From a virus (Duplodnaviria; Caudoviricetes), in the IMG/VR virus record IMGVR_UViG_3300033121_001553, positions 122,820-186,819 of that record: DNA of 64,000 nt. The stretch is one strand, 5' to 3'. The stretch's first letter is position 1; each line of letters begins with the position of its first letter. This document shows positions 63,400 through 64,000 of the stretch, in pieces. The position numbers and the translations under genes are program-made. The notes beneath the pieces are model-generated. The model made no database searches. It was not told the DNA's origin and saw nothing but the letters and a program-made list of their open reading frames with translations.

Positions 63400-63909
63400 T
63401 CATTCTTCAAAAAATGACTTGTACAAGTCTTCTACTTCTAGTTCGCTTCCATTGCCAACAGCGATCGCTGCGCGATAAGATGAAGCGAGCTTTGTATGCT
63501 GTGATGCTTTCTTTGCAGCATCATCTTGCGAGACAGTCGGTACAGCAACAACTACGTTGCTTTCACGACGATCATCGTAACCACTATAGTGTGACTCTGC
63601 GGGAGTCGCAACGCTACGCCAAAGTTTTTCGAGTCTACCAACTCCACCAACGCGCTTGATTGCTTCTGCAAGCGTCATACTCTTTTCTTGAACTTTGACA
63701 TTCACAGAAAGATTATAACGCATCTGCAGTGCTTGCAACTTTGCTATGGCTTCCTCTGCTTGCATAAGCTGATCTGCTAGCAGCAGCGGAGACTTTTTTG
63801 TTTCGTCTGGAAACGCTTTCAGCGATGACGAAAAAGATGTCTTCGCAGAGTCGCGCTTGAGCTCTTGCTGCTTAATCGCTTGCGTAATTGCGTATCCTGT
63901 AATCTTCAT
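63400..63909 (-). CDS. coiled-coil hypothetical protein (possibly DIP1984/DUF6847-like)
   Basis: IAKLQALQMRYN..MTLAEAIK..AAIAVGN. Confidence 0.7.
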   Translation of the reverse strand: MKITGYAITQAIKQQELKRDSAKTSFSSSLKAFPDETKKSPLLLADQLMQAEEAIAKLQALQMRYNLSVNVKVQEKSMTLAEAIKRVGGVGRLEKLWRSVATPAESHYSGYDDRRESNVVVAVPTVSQDDAAKKASQHTKLASSYRAAIAVGNGSELEVEDLYKSFFEE

Positions 63910-64000
63910 GTAACTTACTTTATGCTCTTTTTGTTGGTTTTACAGGTCAAAAGTTTACTGACGTTTTCGTTTTGAACTATGGACGGTTTATTCAAAACAT

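Noticed and set aside
467-63659. The many 60-160-aa antisense or nested ORFs in the track
   Set aside because: They are shadows of longer genes with recognisable motifs, with no independent support.
1-64000. Stop-to-sense recoding (code 15, 4 or 25)
   Set aside because: Standard-code ORFs are long and tile the window; no conserved gene is broken by TAG or TGA, and TGA is the commonest stop.
1-64000. Eukaryotic giant virus, organelle or bacterial chromosome
   Set aside because: Sigma factors, gp25/gp6-like baseplate, SD sites, ATGA coupling and mostly CCA-less tRNA arrays indicate a tailed phage. The host cannot be assigned from this window.

Overview
A 64-kb segment of a large (jumbo-type) myovirus-like bacteriophage genome, roughly 40% GC by eye and gene-dense. 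Layout: (1) 1-14.5 kb, mostly minus strand: virion/tail-fibre-like genes, PhoH, a sigma-region-4 protein, an Hc1-like protein, ClpP and a degenerate GroEL-like protein. (2) 14.6-35.6 kb, plus strand: a large glycan-synthesis cluster (about nine glycosyltransferase genes, Glf, carbamoyltransferase, radical SAM, methyltransferases) including a UDP-glucose dehydrogenase fractured by a naturally split intein around a free-standing endonuclease, plus a Pth2-like gene, an amber-anticodon tRNA and a Cas4-like nuclease. (3) 35.9-53.3 kb: gp55-like late sigma factor and baseplate/tail module. (4) 53.3-64 kb, minus strand: small accessory genes, two DNA methyltransferases, an HDAC-family enzyme and 12 more tRNAs. 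Main observation: the Leu codon TTA is absent from every gene body I read codon by codon, but occurs in frame at the inferred 3' end of 24 of about 76 genes. There it removes or shortens otherwise implausible overlaps, matches expected family C-termini and forms TTATG stop-start couplings. TAG is almost unused as a stop. The genome appears to use TTA (UUA) as a stop codon, a sense-to-stop reassignment I do not know from bacteria or phages. CDS ends below are trimmed at TTA where relevant, with the standard-code end given in the evidence.
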